Below the pieces are notes generated by a model, which had not been told where the DNA came from, did not search any database, and worked only from the letters and a program-made list of their open reading frames with translations. From NCBI RefSeq assembly GCF_003704095.1, contig NW_020846824.1, positions 186,001 to 250,000 of the forward strand: a DNA stretch of 64,000 nucleotides, given 5' to 3'. This document shows positions 36,961-52,100 of this stretch, in pieces (positions within the stretch are counted from its first letter, which is position 1; every line of letters starts with the position of its first letter). The position numbers and the translations under genes are program-made. This DNA is from Pocillopora damicornis. Taxonomy: Eukaryota.

Positions 36961-37990
36961 AAAACGTAATAACTTGGTTAAAAAAAAACATATATTACAA
37001 AGGTTTCAAGTCTGAAATCTTCATTTAAGGGACAGCATCAATACATAACAGGTGAGAAAGAAAAACAATTTTATCGAAGAGTGAGACGCTAACTTTCATA
37101 TACATTCCCGTCTAACAATATTGTAAGGTACCAAAGCCCAAAATTGTGACAAACCAGAACACGGTACTGTTAAATATTTTTAACTGCTATTTTCATTAGT
37201 GTTCACTAACATATCTTTCAAATATACATGTAATGCAGTTTTTACTATACATGTGTGACTCTCAGAGAGGAGAGTGACGCTTAATCTTTAAAAATCAAGT
37301 GGTAATGACCAAGAGAAAATTGAAGGAGAGAGAAGAACACTCTGGAAGTTTACAAAGGATATCCATGACACCTAAATTATCATTTAGTTTTAGACGGAAA
37401 TGGAAAGATGCATTCTCAGACGTCAGCATTGTAATTTCTCGCTCCATAGAAACCATTCCCCCTCTTAATCAAAATCGTTTTCAGCAACAAAACCGATTAC
37501 AGCGCTTTCCACCATCAAATTGCTTCCACTCAGGAATCCTTGATGCGGACCTCTCGGAATACAGGTTTCCATTTTGGAGGTTAAATCTAGTTATAATTTT
37601 AATGGAATTGATACATTGTAAGGCCTGGACTGGGAATCTTTCTCTCTGTTCTTCCATTTACTCTTGTTCTGGAGTGTGGAAATAGTGAATGATAAACATT
37701 GCGACAACAACAATAAACGACTTTTGTTCTTTATGTTCCCTATCTTTGTGGCCTAGAATTGTGCCACATCAGGTGAGTCTTGCCGGCTTAGAAAGCTAAT
37801 ATTCAAAGGTCCTGACCAGTATATCAAATTTGTTACTGATGTGACAGCTTAGCTCAGTTTAGGACTGGGCCGGAAAAACTAAAATGGAAACGAGGTTATC
37901 TCGGCCCAATCTCCATTTCGGAATTGTTGCACCAACCTAGTTTACAATCAAGAGCTGGCGGTTAGTTACTAAGTCTTTTCCCACCTCCCT

Positions 37991-38159
37991 AAGGGTCTCA
38001 ATGTGGTTAATCGATAGCCGCTCGGCAAAAAACTGACTAATTTCAACCATTAACCATAAAAAAAAGTTAACCGTATAAATTTTACTTTCAACCGCTAGCT
38101 AAAGAATGACAAAAAGTTTAATCGAGAACCGTAAAAGCCATCACCCCATTGAGACCCTT
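37991..38159. mobile_element. Short MITE
   Basis: Perfect 13-bp terminal inverted repeats AAGGGTCTCAATG / CATTGAGACCCTT (16/17 when extended). Confidence 0.65.
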
Positions 38160-38191
38160 CCCCCCTTAGTATAACATTTAACTGGCAAGGG

Positions 38192-38376
38192 TTAACCTTC
38201 TACACCACGAGATCAGTAGAGATACTCTCCGCACTGTTCTCTATGTGATGTACAGAACAGCTGAACGGTCAAGACCTTCTTTAGTTGGAGATCAATTGCT
38301 TTATTCCCACGACTTCAACCTTTGATCCAGAAATGATAAAGGCGATGTTTGTCACACTTACGGGTTTGAGGGTTAA
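38192..38376. mobile_element. piggyBac-type MITE, family B, degenerate
   Basis: TTAA-CCTTC ... GAGGG-TTAA ends; internal GACCTTCTTT.GTTGG.GATCA is shared with the 20774 copy. Confidence 0.65.
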
Positions 38377-41300
38377 GTTAAGTCGTCAAAATTAAGATTA
38401 CCATCTGGGACTTTGTTTTGTATCACACACGGTGCAGATATGAATCGGATATTCCTCTTTCCAGAACGCTTCGAGATGGGATGAAGGTTACCATTAAAAA
38501 AATACGTCATGAGATTGGCAGACGCTGCAACAGTGAAATGGTGGCCATCATTCTATAATAACACTAAGAAAATCTTAATCTAGTAATGAACACCTTGTTG
38601 AGAAATTATAGGAATTACGACTCGATTTTAGAACATGAAATTTGCGGTTAACAGGATGAGATTACGAGAATTAGTGGAAGGTTTATTTTAATGTTTTCAA
38701 TGTTTCTCTTTACGTCTTCAATTCTTTAGTCGCTAATTTCATTCTCCCTTTGTTATTTTTAAAACAGCAAATACACCTGTGCTAATGAAGAATAAACTTG
38801 TTTTTGAGTAAAACGGAAAAAACACCTTTGATATTCGACGAGATTAACTGTCTCGTATTCAAATTTTCGTATTCTCAGTACCAATAAGAATGGTATAGAA
38901 TAATACAGCAAAGCGGACGAACCTATCAGAGATACATTAGCATTCGTAAGTTCTATTCTAAGTAGCCCTGGATCTATTAAAACGAGAAAAAGGATATTGA
39001 ATGTGTCTAGATCGAGATAAAACTTGATAGTCTCAAAATGACGTACTTTAAAACACAGGTGATCTTACTAACGAGAAATATATCCATGAAAGGTTTATAT
39101 GCGAGGACTTCTGTTTCTTAGTTAGCTGCAATCTCCCCCATAAACGATCCCAGAAAGGCATGCATGCTATCGCCGAGGGCACCGAGCAAATCATAGAAAG
39201 CGCAAAGTGAACAGTCTTAAAAATTCATTTCTGAAACATTGAACTGCAAAACCTAAGAGAAAACTTCGGAAAGTTGCCCTGTTAATATTATGTCTTGCGC
39301 AAAGGAAATAGATTCCGTATAGCGTTTTTTGTTGTTTTTCAAATGTGGGGTGCGTTTCTTTGCTCTTAATTTACATGTCTCGAGAAAAGGAAAATGAATT
39401 CTCTAACAGCTCTTTTTTTTTTTGTTTAAATAAGAATTTCTCATTAACTCGTATGCGTTAGATCTGACTGACAGAGAGGTAAAACGGTCTATGGGTGTAA
39501 CCCGTGGGTAGCATTTGTTTACTTTACCCTTTTTCAAGTTCGCGACAAGTAGAACACTTTACGAGACACAAGGGCGCGTATCTTATTCATAGCCTAGAAT
39601 GCGACCACCTCTTTTTTTTTCTTTCAACTCGGTTACCCGGGTAAAGCACCAAACTGGAATTTAGCAAAAAGAGGTCGATTGCTAGGTGATTAACTGCGAG
39701 CGTTCTATCGGGTCGATCCAATTTGAGTTAAAGCCTATTTATTGTATAAGACAGCGAAAATATCTCTTAATGTTTACTTTTTCTCAAGACGCTGAAAGAT
39801 AGAGACTAACGAGGCTGTGTCGCTTAATTCATTAGCCCGATTTTAAATGCATTTTCACGATCTGAGGTGATAATTTCTTCCGCTCGTCCCGGATATAAAT
39901 ATAGGCAAAATGTTTCCAAGACGCCTCAATGCCACTGCTTTGGTGTAAAGAAAATAAACTCTATTCTTCACGGAAAGTCGATTAGATTTCACGAGCATTT
40001 ATCGAGAGTTGTTATAGGCGGGGAAATTGACATTTCCAATTTCAGCAGGAATAAAAGGAACCACATAACTTAAAACTACTAAATGGACTTTTCAAGGGCT
40101 CGCAACAATGCCCACAATAACAGCGTTTAATAAATGCAGATTAAGTTTATCGTATACATTTGCATTTGAATAAGTCGTGTCGGATATTAGTTTCAAAAAG
40201 TAAGACGTCGAAACACTGATGAAAGAGTACAGCGAGGTCAGTTAAAACCATTGAAATACACGGGATCAATCCTCTGAAAATCTATCGCATTTTTGATTGG
40301 TTTTCTGTGCCGCTGAAGGCTTCAACTTCATTTTTCTGACAGGACAAAGCTACGAATCCGATAAGGTACATTTGTTATTTTTTCTTAACAGCTGGGTGGC
40401 CTGTCATAAAAATCTCTCCTTAGACATTCCTAGTTTCCCTTATTCCCTTAACATGGAATTTGAGTTCACACAGGTAATACCTAATTCTGGTAGAATCGAT
40501 GGCAATTTGGTAAAAGAAGGAATCTTCTGTTGTGTAACATCTTTGTAATTTACACCACGTTAAAACGCTTCAGTTCGAGAAAAGCGACCTGTTAATTAAT
40601 GTTGCACAAGGTTAGGAGTACAAGGAAAGAGCAATAGTTTTGACCCGAGGTCATCTGAAGAGCTTGTAATTGTCAAAAACGTTTCTGTTGTTTCGACAAA
40701 TGATGGCGACAAGAAGCTCTTGTATCGAATTGTAAGCGGAAAGTGTTCCATCTCTTGTTATCAGTCTTACATCAACTGGTCCTTGTAACATATCAGTGAG
40801 TTTATCGCCTAGTGTAGCTTAATTTATTTCGCTTCTTCCCTAGCTAGATTTCCTGAAGATGCTAAGAGTCCACCTCTCTCTTACCTTCTTATTTCAGTGA
40901 CGATTATTTTTTCCCGTCTAAGGCTGCGAACGTAAACAAATACAACAGCAGGCCTAGTTTTATTTTCCACCGGCATTTTCGTTAAATTCACGCTGTGGAA
41001 CACTTTCTCGCTTTGACGGAATTTTCTGTCATAATTGAATTTATCCTCCAATTTCGTTTGCTGCTCCTTTCTTTTTCGTCTCGTTGCCATTGCACAAAGC
41101 TACTCATTTCATTAAACATTTGACAATGGAGGGAGTCTGAAGTATTTCGCGCTCACGAAGCTCTCTTCACAGTGCTTTTACCTTCTGAAAGTTGGTTATG
41201 TTGGGAAACCAAACTACTTGCATTATTGATTAAACCTTTGAAAATAAATCACATCGATCGAGGATGTTATCAATTGAGACGTCTTCGTTTACAGAAAACC

Positions 41301-44139
41301 ACAAAACACTTGTGCGAGAGCGTTACTTTCAGTTAAGCGAATTATATTTTTCTTTTTGTGTTAAGTTTGGCAGCGGTGTAAAGCTTCTTCGTGGCTTGTC
41401 GAATTCGTTCGAAAATCCAGCTTCTTTTGAAATAAACTGAATTATTTATTGAGAAGAAGTCTCGATTAAATGTTAATATCACTTCGGGTTCAACTAGATA
41501 TATTTTACCGCGCGTTACATAAAAAAATTATCAGTACAGTTTGGCAGTTTCGGTTGAACAATAAAGTGCGATATCTATGGAAACGCGGTCCAAAAAGTTT
41601 AATTTTCTTATTTATCAAACCGGAAAAATTTTAATATACACACTGGCTGCGGCAACTTTCAAGAACGAATATCAAGAGATTTTTACCAACTAACAATCCT
41701 CTTACAGAAGATTTGAAATGATGCTTATAAATTTGTTGCGGGATTGTAAAGCTTAAAAAATTTTGGAAAACGTGTCTTCGTTATCTATTTTTAATGACGA
41801 GGTATTTTAAATACGGTAATAAAGAAAAGCACCCTCTGTTTCAGAAGGCAAAATAAAAACCCATTTATACTGATTTTGTTCAAAGGTAAATCAACGAATA
41901 TTGTTTTGGATTTGTTTGAGCAGTTTAGTCTGGAATGAGCTTTCCTGTGGAGTGTTGTGAATGAGGATGTAGCGGAAGGAAAGCAAATAGTTTAGAAAGA
42001 AGTCGTATGAATTCAATCCACATATTATGTTTTCAGCGCGGCCTTAAATTTACTTGTCCTCTCCAATTCGTTGAGATTATTGGACATAATTGCAGAGGCC
42101 CATGTTTAAACTCAATTTCCAGTTTAAATCGCAGCCATGATGAAACTTACAAATATTTTTAGATGCTAGATGGCATGGAAATTAGTGTTTTTCTTGAAAT
42201 TTCAAAAGATTCTCATTAGCCGAAATTGCATATTGTATGCCCATTTTTCTTTGTTCGGATTTGACACCTTGGCTGAGAAAGAAAAATAAAGACAAACAGA
42301 TTCTATTCCATAGCCGCAGAAAGCGACAATAGAAAAGAAAATAGTATGTTTTATAGTTCGCAAAAATGATGACAAACTCTTTTTAGTCGAAGGGAAGTTT
42401 CCTATTTGTTGCAGATGAATTCCCGAACTATGGATGTTGTCACAGTTCTGACAAATTTTTGAATGTGAATGTTGGTTAGAAAAACGAACTTAGCAACAAA
42501 AAGGAAATGAAATGACAGACCTTAACAGACTTATAATAATCAATCAATTATCAAAGGACGAATTTAACTCCAGTTAACCAATAGAAATTCAGGAGAAGTT
42601 TTAACCAATCAGATTCAGAAATACTCGCAAATGATTGGCAGGTGTTCAGGGAACAAATCTTTTGCATTTGAAGTAAAAGCTTTGAAAAAGTTTACTGAAT
42701 TTCTATTTCATTGCTTAATATTAAAACAATAACAACCGGTTTCAAAGATGTCTTGGATTGAATGAATTTAAGAGAATGTAGCTAAAAATTGAAAAAACAA
42801 ATTGCTGCTCTTTTTCTCTGGAGTTTTATTTCTTGCGGAAGGAGGAAGATCCGAGTGAAAGAAAGGAAAAAAAGGAACACATAACAGCAAATTAGTATGT
42901 GACGTCAGTCGAAGGAATAAGTCGAACCGAAGCAACAGCAAGTGCTTTCGTTATTGCTTTATCATCAAACATTCACAAACTTTTACATATTCCAGCTTAT
43001 TTGTAGAAATTGAAGATTGTTGTCCTTTTAATAACTTGGAAGATTTGAACTAGTCAATAAGGCGATGTTTTTAATGCGCGCATTGTTAAGAGTGCTTGGA
43101 ACTATTTGGAGACTACTTTATGTAATCAAACCTTTTCATACAACTGCTAACGAAGTAACCAGTCTTTTCTACTCGGTGGAGGTCCTCTGAACCAACTGAT
43201 ATGTATATCTTACCGGTTAAATATCCTCAGCTTACACAAAGCTGTTTATCAAATCATAGGCAGTTTCATTGCGCGGTTTTTGAAAACATGTCTCTTGAAA
43301 ATTCCTGTTCCTTCTTCATTCTTTATCGCTCAAGACAGACGACAAAACTTGTGTCGCCGCTACAGGATGATAATCAGTGAGAGTTGCCAACGTTTACAAA
43401 ACTGTTCCCCAATGTTGCCAAGGTTTTCCAAGGGTGCTATCCCAAAAATTGTGGAAGGTAGCCGATGTTATTGCACCAAAAGGTTTCCGAAGTTACTGCG
43501 CCAAAGGTTAACTTTGTCGAAGTACTGCCGATGTTACAGCGCCAGAGGTAGTCTAAGTTTATCGAAGTTACTTCGCCAATGGTCGTCAAAGTCTGTCCAA
43601 CGTTTCCTTTGCCAAAGTTTGTCGAATAGTCCGTCATTGTCAACGTAAACAGTTTTTTCCAGAAGCCGAACCATTTCCCTTTCCGAATGACTGATACTGT
43701 TTTGATTATTCAACTCCGTGTACTTGAGCGAGATGAAATGCGATGCTTAAAAATCAGTTTTATTTACAAATGCCTGCAGAATGGACCCTAAAAAAAACGG
43801 TTAAGAACGCTGCCGAGTTTGTTTTGTTTTGCTTTTTTTTTTAAGTTTTGGCCAAAACATCCTCCGTCTTGAAAGAAATAATAGATTCACCTGACGAGAT
43901 CATGCTATACTTTGCACTTCTAGCTGTCATATAGCGAAAGCAGTGTTAATGGAGCAAGAAAATTCTGTCCACGCACAAAAATGTGTCTTTCGTGCGTACG
44001 AAGGAAATCAAATTGCTCATTTTACAACATACTCACGTACATTGCGTAATAATGCGTCGGTAATTAACGTCAAAACCAAGCGCCCACATCGCCACAATTG
44101 CCATGCGCACTAGCATCGCGTTTGAATAAAACGTAAGCA

Positions 44140-44300
44140 CAGAGTTGCTGGCTAAGTGGCAGGCAATCGAGAAAGCAGAGGAAGTCAAGCTCGGATAAAA
44201 ATCCATTTGTTGCCTTTCTGTTTGGGGAATGAAACGTGGAGACTGTTAAAGCAGTCTGAATCCAAGGAGTTTTATGTTCGATACAGAAAACCCGGCAAAG
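44140..44300 (+). other. Candidate non-coding leader exon of subunit 3
   Basis: CpG-richer promoter-like stretch at about 43950-44130, then the donor AAG|GTGAAT at 44300/44301; it matches the unexplained acceptor TTCTTACAG ending at 49138. The 5' limit is a guess. Confidence 0.3.
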
Positions 44301-47300
44301 GTGAATAGACGACTTTTTTGATTTTAAGTTGTATATTTTTTGCCGGTTTTTTTAAAAGTAGTTCATGATAATCTCTTTGGAAATAGCTGTAGCTTACGCG
44401 AGAAAACATTGAGATTATTCCCAGGACAAGAAATGCATTTTGGAGTTTAACAACGCTTCATCACTGCGGTTGTAACTTAGCTCTCAATTTCGCTGCTCAT
44501 ACTCCAAATTAAGGAAAGAAAACACTAAATTCAATTTCACTTATTTCACATTTCTAAATCACAAAATCAAATCTCCAAGAGTTTGTTCATTTTGTTTAAA
44601 TGTGCCAATAATTTTAAACCCTACGTTTCACCAGTCCGTAATACACAGCGTCTCATCATTCAGTACACACTTCAAAAAAAGAAAAGGCGAAAAAATCTAT
44701 CGGAGAAGCAAAACAAGAATTCCGTGTTTACACAAAGAAGTGTTTGTTCTTGAAGTTCCTTTTCTTCCAAAATATGCAAATTTAAATGAAGTCTAATGAC
44801 TGAGATTAACAAAGTTTTGTAAACAGCGCTTTAGAGCACATTAAACTTTGTCTATTATCGTAGTTAAAAACACTTGTGGATGACCCGTTAACATGTAAAA
44901 AACGCCTCAATAAGCATTAGTGGTTATTCTGCTATAAATGTTTCATACCTGGAGATTTCTGTTGAAACAAATTGCGGACATTCAGGGTTCATTTCAGAAA
45001 CTTATATAAACATCATGTTATCTTAACAAACAGAGACGAGAAATCATGAACTGCAGCTGCTCTCAGAGCAATTAAAGAGCGATAACGCGTATTAAAATGC
45101 ACGTTATTTTTAGCAGCAGTACATTTTCTTTCTTAATCAACATTCATTGCTGTGCGCCGTTCAATCATTCTAACCGTCAGGGTTGTCAAACTACAAGTGG
45201 ATCGAAAATGGTGAAAACTGAAAGCATTTATATTTTTTAATTAAGAAAGTACTTAAAATTGCAGGAAATCAGTGGATTTCTTCATCCAAGGTATAAGATT
45301 TTCACGGGAGGTTTTTTTTTTTTAATTATTGAACTAGCCATAACATTAAATGTGGGCTGGGTGCAGGGGCAATCCAGGCTAAAGAAATTTGCATTTTATG
45401 CTCGCAACAAAAGAAGGAGTATGTACTTCCATTTAAATCTTCTTTGCTTTTGCAGTATATTTTCTGGAAATCAAACAAAATCAAGCAATTATTGTTGTAT
45501 TTAGTACGTTGGATTAGACTAGATAGAATAATCAGTTGGAGATCATGTTAGCGTTTGCGTGAGGTTTGCCTGACCAGAAACACGCAAAGTCTGCTACAGG
45601 AATTTGCAATTATAGGACTGAAAGCTGAGCAAAATATATCAAACGCAATATCATGATTAGGCAATGGCAGATAGATGGATGATTTGACAACAATGCATGC
45701 AAAGTAAAATAACAAACCGTTATCGAAAAAAAATGCTCGCGACAAAAACATGATCATAGATATTTTGGTAACGTAATTCTGCACTAATGAAAGAGAAATA
45801 TAAATATATGCTATATTGTAATCTTTAGGCTATGCGGAATAACACGTTAAAAAAGGCATTCACATTACACAAACGCAAGTTTTTTTCCCTAGTTTAGTTT
45901 ACTCGGAGGTAAAATATTGTTTGTAGGGGAAAAAAAGGCACAGGTGCAAACGAATTTTTTTTTTTAATTATTAGTTTATTGATTTTTTTGACGATGAGAA
46001 GTTTTCATTAAAAAATAATGAAATACTCAATGGTTAAAAAAAAAGATAAAAAATGTTCAGGTAGCTCTGGGAAGGTTTGGGAAGAATGGCGTGATAAAAG
46101 CTGCAAGAATTACTGATTCCCCACGTATGATGTTGACAAGCTTGACGAGGGCTCTGGGAAAAAAACCGTGCGTTGACCTCAATCTTGCACCAGACTTTCC
46201 CCTACATTCGGGCAAAAAACATCTTCTCTGTTTAATGGTGTTATACCTTTTCTTTAATCCAATTTAACCAGCCGATCAAATGATAAAACAACCGATAGAA
46301 GAGAGCACTGCAAGGCACTGGGAACTAAGCTAAAATTTGTTTTATCATGGGCTTTTTGATCTGAGGTGATTCGGCAAAGTTTTGAAGTTTTTCGCTAGCG
46401 TAAAATTAAGACGGAAGGAAACAAAAATTAAAAGATGAATCTGTCTGCAAAGCGTTAAATCTCAGTCAAAATTAAACAAACCTAGGGATGGCTTAATCGA
46501 ACAAAACATGGCCAGAATATCTCAGTTTGCTTCGCCAATCGACGGCCCCAGTGCATGCTTTAAAGACCCAGGATGCATCACAGCTGTACAGTGGTGCTCG
46601 CTTCTTCAGCCGATAGTCACTTAAGATCGCACGGATTCACCTTGTTGTTTTATTGCCCCATAACAGATCATGTGACAGGAGTGTAACTGTTTGGTTTTTT
46701 TTTCTTTTTTTTTTTGGAAAATTTGTTACACCAGTGTTTGCAAACTCATCTTACTCCGTAAAAGGAAAGCATCAAACCCTCTAAGGATCTCAAGTGATTT
46801 TTCAAAGCTTTTGATCATCGGGCGTTTACCAGTACATAGCTTACAGTAAGAAAGGGACAGCTCCCCATGATTGGTGACACCAAAGAACTGGGACATGTCT
46901 GAATGAAGGCTTTTTTAAATCGTTTTAGTTAATGGCTATTGACAAAATATTTTCATTTATTGCCGGAATTTCCTGGGGCCGAGTAGATATAAAAAGGAAC
47001 CGTGGAGTGATTGAGAATTTTTTGATGCTTCAGTAATAAAAAAGCATCTAAATATAGAAATAACTTACAAAAATAAAAACGTCGAGGGGAGAACTCTGAA
47101 TTATACCCACGAAGCTAAACATAGGAAGTAATATCTGTATTTATTCGCTTCATTTGGGGTTGAATTAATGTGACGACGGTCTCCAGTTAAAATGTTATTC
47201 TTGTATATAGGAGTCGATAAGTTCTTACGTTAGACAGACATAAATCCATGGTAAGCCCACCAATCTTTGTAAGAGAAAAATTAATTGGTAAATGTGCGGA

Positions 47301-49166
47301 GATGGAGCAACAAAATGTGCGTGAGGGAGCCTCACTGTAACATTCTCCTAATTTCGTTATTTAAAACCAATCCTTGAGTTCCTGCTATACGACGTTGAAG
47401 TGTTACAACGTGAAATCAAAAGATAAAATATTGTACACTTAATTTGTCATATACACGTTTAGTTGAGGGCTTTCGTGTGACTGATACACGAAATGTTGTT
47501 TAAATTTCAACTGCATTTATCGTTCAATCGTACCAGAAATTAAAGAGTGAGGAACAAAGCAAATGTTTTATATCTATGCTGCTCTTTACCAGGTTGTGCT
47601 GAAGGATACACTCAACTCTCTAAGGAATGTAAAACATGATGGCGATTCGCTTGTAGGGGGACTCAATTATCATCTTCATATAGCAGTCTTCGAATTAACC
47701 TCAAGCGACCTTTCTATGTTACAAAACTTATACAAGGATCGAGCATTTTCGCTTGGAAAATCTATATTTGCCACTTTCATATGATTCTATCCTGGACTAA
47801 GACCTTATCTGGATTTTTTTTCGCCAAAAAACAAGTGATCAAGTCGAGGAAGAAAAATTTCTAAGTAAATTAGGAATACCCATCTCAGTGATTTACCGCT
47901 AAAACGAAAAAAAGTAGACAGTTATTTGTTGCTCCCACTGCTTTGAGAAATTCAGAAATACTGGTAATTAGCAAGGACATCGCTCATCTATTTTCAGACC
48001 CTATTGGGTATCGCGAATGACATATTTGTGCTATAACTTCATGTCTAAAACAAAGAACATATCGTTTAAACTTAATAACTTTCATTACATTCGCCTTTTA
48101 GGAAAAGAGAGATATTTTAGAACACTTAAACAAAAGGACTATTTAATAATAGTGAAATATTGCCTTTTGAGTCGTTGCTGTTTTGTTTCAAAAAGATCTC
48201 CACCGGTGTATCAAAACACAGAGTTTATCGAGAACAATTCCTCAGTTGCCGAGAGGCAAAATCTATTTTCATGATATGCCTCACGTTTGATAAACTTACA
48301 GGTCAATAGTCAAGCAATTTTCGAAAACTAAAACACTTATTATGCATGTTCACTTATTTCACTTCGTATGCAAGAAAGGTTTCTCAAACATGACCACCAC
48401 GAAAGATTTATTCACAAGCAAAATAAGAATATATTTATCTTTAAAATCCAAATTAATCATGTTATTGTTGAAACAAAGGCTATCTAGTGCACTCACCCTT
48501 TGGGCCTTTTCAACAAGTAAACTATATTTAATATTTGAATTTCAAGCCTTTTGTTTTTCGGTTGGATCGCGTAAAATGATATGTGAAAAGAGTAACTTAG
48601 TTGTGAAAGAATAACTACCTATTTCAAAGCTGACGTCTTTAAATTCTAAAACCAACGGGAACAAAATGAAACAAAGTACTTCAGCTCGAGAATATTTTAC
48701 CATTTTTTTACGGCAGGAAACATCTCTTGCTACCTTCAAAGAGGCGGTAACTACACACGCTAGATACTACATCAAACAAATCCGAAAGGAAAACGCCAAG
48801 TATTAAATGTTAAGTTAGCAACCTGTTCTGAACGTTGTTTACTAGGGACAATGATTTTACGATCACCAGATCGTGTCAATGTTTATGGTTTTCAAATACA
48901 CTGGATAATAAGCGCTATAAACTCATTGTTATGCTGGATAATTCATGGAAGACCTCAGAACATGATTCCATATTCATTTAATCTTTCCTTAGACGACTGA
49001 CGTCAGAGAAATATATCAGAAATTAACTCATGACCGATAAGGCGTCACATGGTTTATTCGCGGGTTGAGTACAGGTTCTAGCTTGACTTCAAGAGAGCGC
49101 TTAGAAGTTTTCTAAGCTTGCCTTCTTTTTTCTTACAGTTTCTCGACATTGAGTTACTTTCCAAAG

Positions 49167-52100
49167 ATGTCGCCGCTCATATTTACGTTCTGTGTTTTGA
49201 GCACCTGTGCGTTGTGCTCAATCCTTGCCTTCGCTGAGATGGATGAATCTGCGCAAGGTATGAAACTTTCTAGTTTACTTGAAAATTTCGCTCCCGCAAA
49301 AATCGATTCAAATGTTTGCTTGAAAGAATGGAAATCGTAGAAAGTTATTTTGAAATATTTGAGTAGATTTCATCGTGTTTGCTGAAAATTCGGATGTATT
49401 AAAATGATCTGCGTCTATTAAATACGGTAAGAGGAATTACAGTTTGAATTTTATTCCACATTAGAAAGGCCGCGTCTTGTGTGCCATCGTGAAATTTGCT
49501 CGAATTGTCTCGGTATTTCTCAATGTAGTTATTCACTGTTACGGCGGCTTTCAAAGAACTTCATTAGGCCATTTTTATTCTATTAACAATTTCTGTTCTT
49601 GTGCCGAAAAATAATTGAATTTCGCAATGAAATGTTTGAGCGTCGCCTGAAGGAAGAATTTAACCTTTTCATTTTAATATTACTGATATGATGACCCCCT
49701 GGTATTCGGAGGTTTTTGATTTTTAAAACATATACACTACGAGACAGAAATAAACATCGAGTGAAGGTTTTTCTTCAATTTTTAATGATGCGAAAACGTG
49801 TTCAAAGTTGCTAAGATTGGAACGTCCAGGGCTGAATGTTATTGATCAGCTTTTTTCCCAGCAAGTCGAAATTTATAAATAGCCACAGTATGGAATCAAA
49901 ACATTTTCCGTTTTGCGTTTTAAGAGATTCGAAATGTTAAAGAAAAGGGAGATTGTGATTAAAATAAAAAAACGTCCAGTGGTGTTAGTGAAAAATCAAT
50001 TCTTTCATTCCTTTGTTTCGAGAGTTAATTTCACTGAAAGTCGCACCATCCTCGCAATTTCTTTTCTTTTTCATTATCATTCAAAATTTTAAATTGGCAT
50101 ATGCCATGTTCAACATTGTGTTCCTCTCAAATCAAAGCATGTTCTTGCTTCTTAAATAATCTGTGTACGCGTTAGTTACACGTGCATTTTATGTGTGTTA
50201 ATGTTTTCATGTAGAAATCTTCAAGAGAGTAGATATCACTTTCATTTTGCAAATGAAACAAATTCCATATCGGACTTCTCCCTTGGTGGTTTAGGAATAT
50301 AACCAATTTGCACGAGTGGCAGAAAGAAACAATTAATTTAATAACGTGTCTTCTTTGGTTGGCTCTCCTTAGAGTCTTTAATCCTGATTTTCCGTCTAGG
50401 ACTCTTGGGTGGTAATTTTTATGAATATAAAACTTCAAGTAAATTTTGTGTTGAAATGCATTCGAAAATTCGTAAATAGATTTCGAAATACACATGTGCA
50501 TTTTTTGAAAATCCAACTGTTCGCCGGTTAGATCCAAAAATGTGCCAGTATGCTATGTATTGTTAAGTCTTATTTCGAAATAAACTTTATAATTCTAAAT
50601 GACAGGCTTTGGAATTTAAATAAATTTGATTAATTATAGGCAAGATAATGAATAATAAAGAGAGAATTCGAGAGAGCTCTCGTTTTGTGTTGTGTATTTT
50701 GAAGAAAGCTATAACGACTTTTAACGATGAATTTCAAACATTGTTCTCTCACCGAACGAATTTTGTAAATTAAAACGGAATTGTTCATTGCAGTAAAATT
50801 TTTCACTTAAAATTGTGCGTTCATCTACAACGGAGCTTGAAAAGCCGTTCACAGCCTGGATACCCCAATAGAAAGCTAAAGAACGTATGACGTGTTACCA
50901 ACTGAGCGTTTGATTTTTTTATAGATAGAAGAACCATAAGTGCTTTTTGCTGAATTCTTTATCCACATGCTAATTACAAACGCTCAAATGCAACCTACTA
51001 TGAAGCTGTTTTCAGGTGGAAACGTAGTTTTCATAATTGATGGCCTTAGATACAAGCTGGTGCTAATTTCGTTTCATAATCATCCCTGTGACCCTAGTTA
51101 CGTATTGACACTTTCGATGTTCACCAGGCGCAAGTTTGTTTTACCAATTGGAAATCTTTTTTCAATCCCGAAAGCTAAGTTTCTTGAACTAACCTTAAAA
51201 TGATTATATTGACATGAGTGTCTGCCGAAGTTTCGAGGAAATTCCCTAATCATGAAAGTTAAATTTAACAAGAAGGCAAGAACGACATCGGTGTTAAGTA
51301 ATATGCTGTCATGAAAGCGGGATAACAAGCCATAAATGAGAAACCTGCGTATTTTGCATTAATAGAGATAATATTAGCTTTTTTATAGCCGGGGTTTTCT
51401 TTAACTTGTTTGATGTAAAAGCCGGCCGCCAATTGACGTGCAAAGCTGTCAACTAACGTTAAAAAGCTAACGAGCAAGAAAATGCAAAACGATGTGTTTA
51501 TGATGCACCAATCCACCAAAACGTCTTTAGGCAAATAAAACATCATGTATTTTGTAAGGAAATTTCAACACTGCTATAAACTCAAGATAACAACATTTGA
51601 AATTCATCTAAAAATTCTTATAAGATTTCCCAGGGCCAAAATCCGGGTTCAACAAAGTTTACTTGTGTTTTTTTTCTTTTTTTTTTTTAAACATGTGATT
51701 TATGGTTTGTTTATTTTGCTTTGTCATTTTTCCGTGTTTTATTGTTCATTTCCTTCACGGCGAAGTGACATCTTAATTCATCTCCCGTTGAGACCATAAC
51801 CCAGATATCTTATCAAATTTACACGAAATCTTTGAAATCACCGTCAACATGGCGTCCGCATTAAGCATCATGCGATACCAAGGTTAATGTCGGAAGCAAG
51901 CTATTAGATTGTTTAGTCTTTCTGTAAACTTTACGTCAGACAATCTGAAATGTACTGGAATACCTGCTGGCTAAATTGAATTTCAGTTATAGCAGATCAC
52001 GCATTGCGTCGTGTGATGAAGACAAGTTTCAACCAGTGCTGAGTTTGATTAGCAGGTTATCTCCAAAAATTTCATTGTATCCTATGTTCTATTAAGGACT

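Noticed and set aside
36554-37028. Overlapping ORFs of 145, 101 and 70 aa
   Set aside because: They are by-products of the repetitive foldback MITE at 36745-36960.
37299-37685. 128-aa ORF after subunit 2
   Set aside because: GTG start, no recognisable domain, and it lies in the probable 3' UTR.
43461-43583. CRISPR-like repeat-spacer look
   Set aside because: The repeats are degenerate, the spacers are 1-18 nt and irregular, the context is eukaryotic and there are no cas genes.
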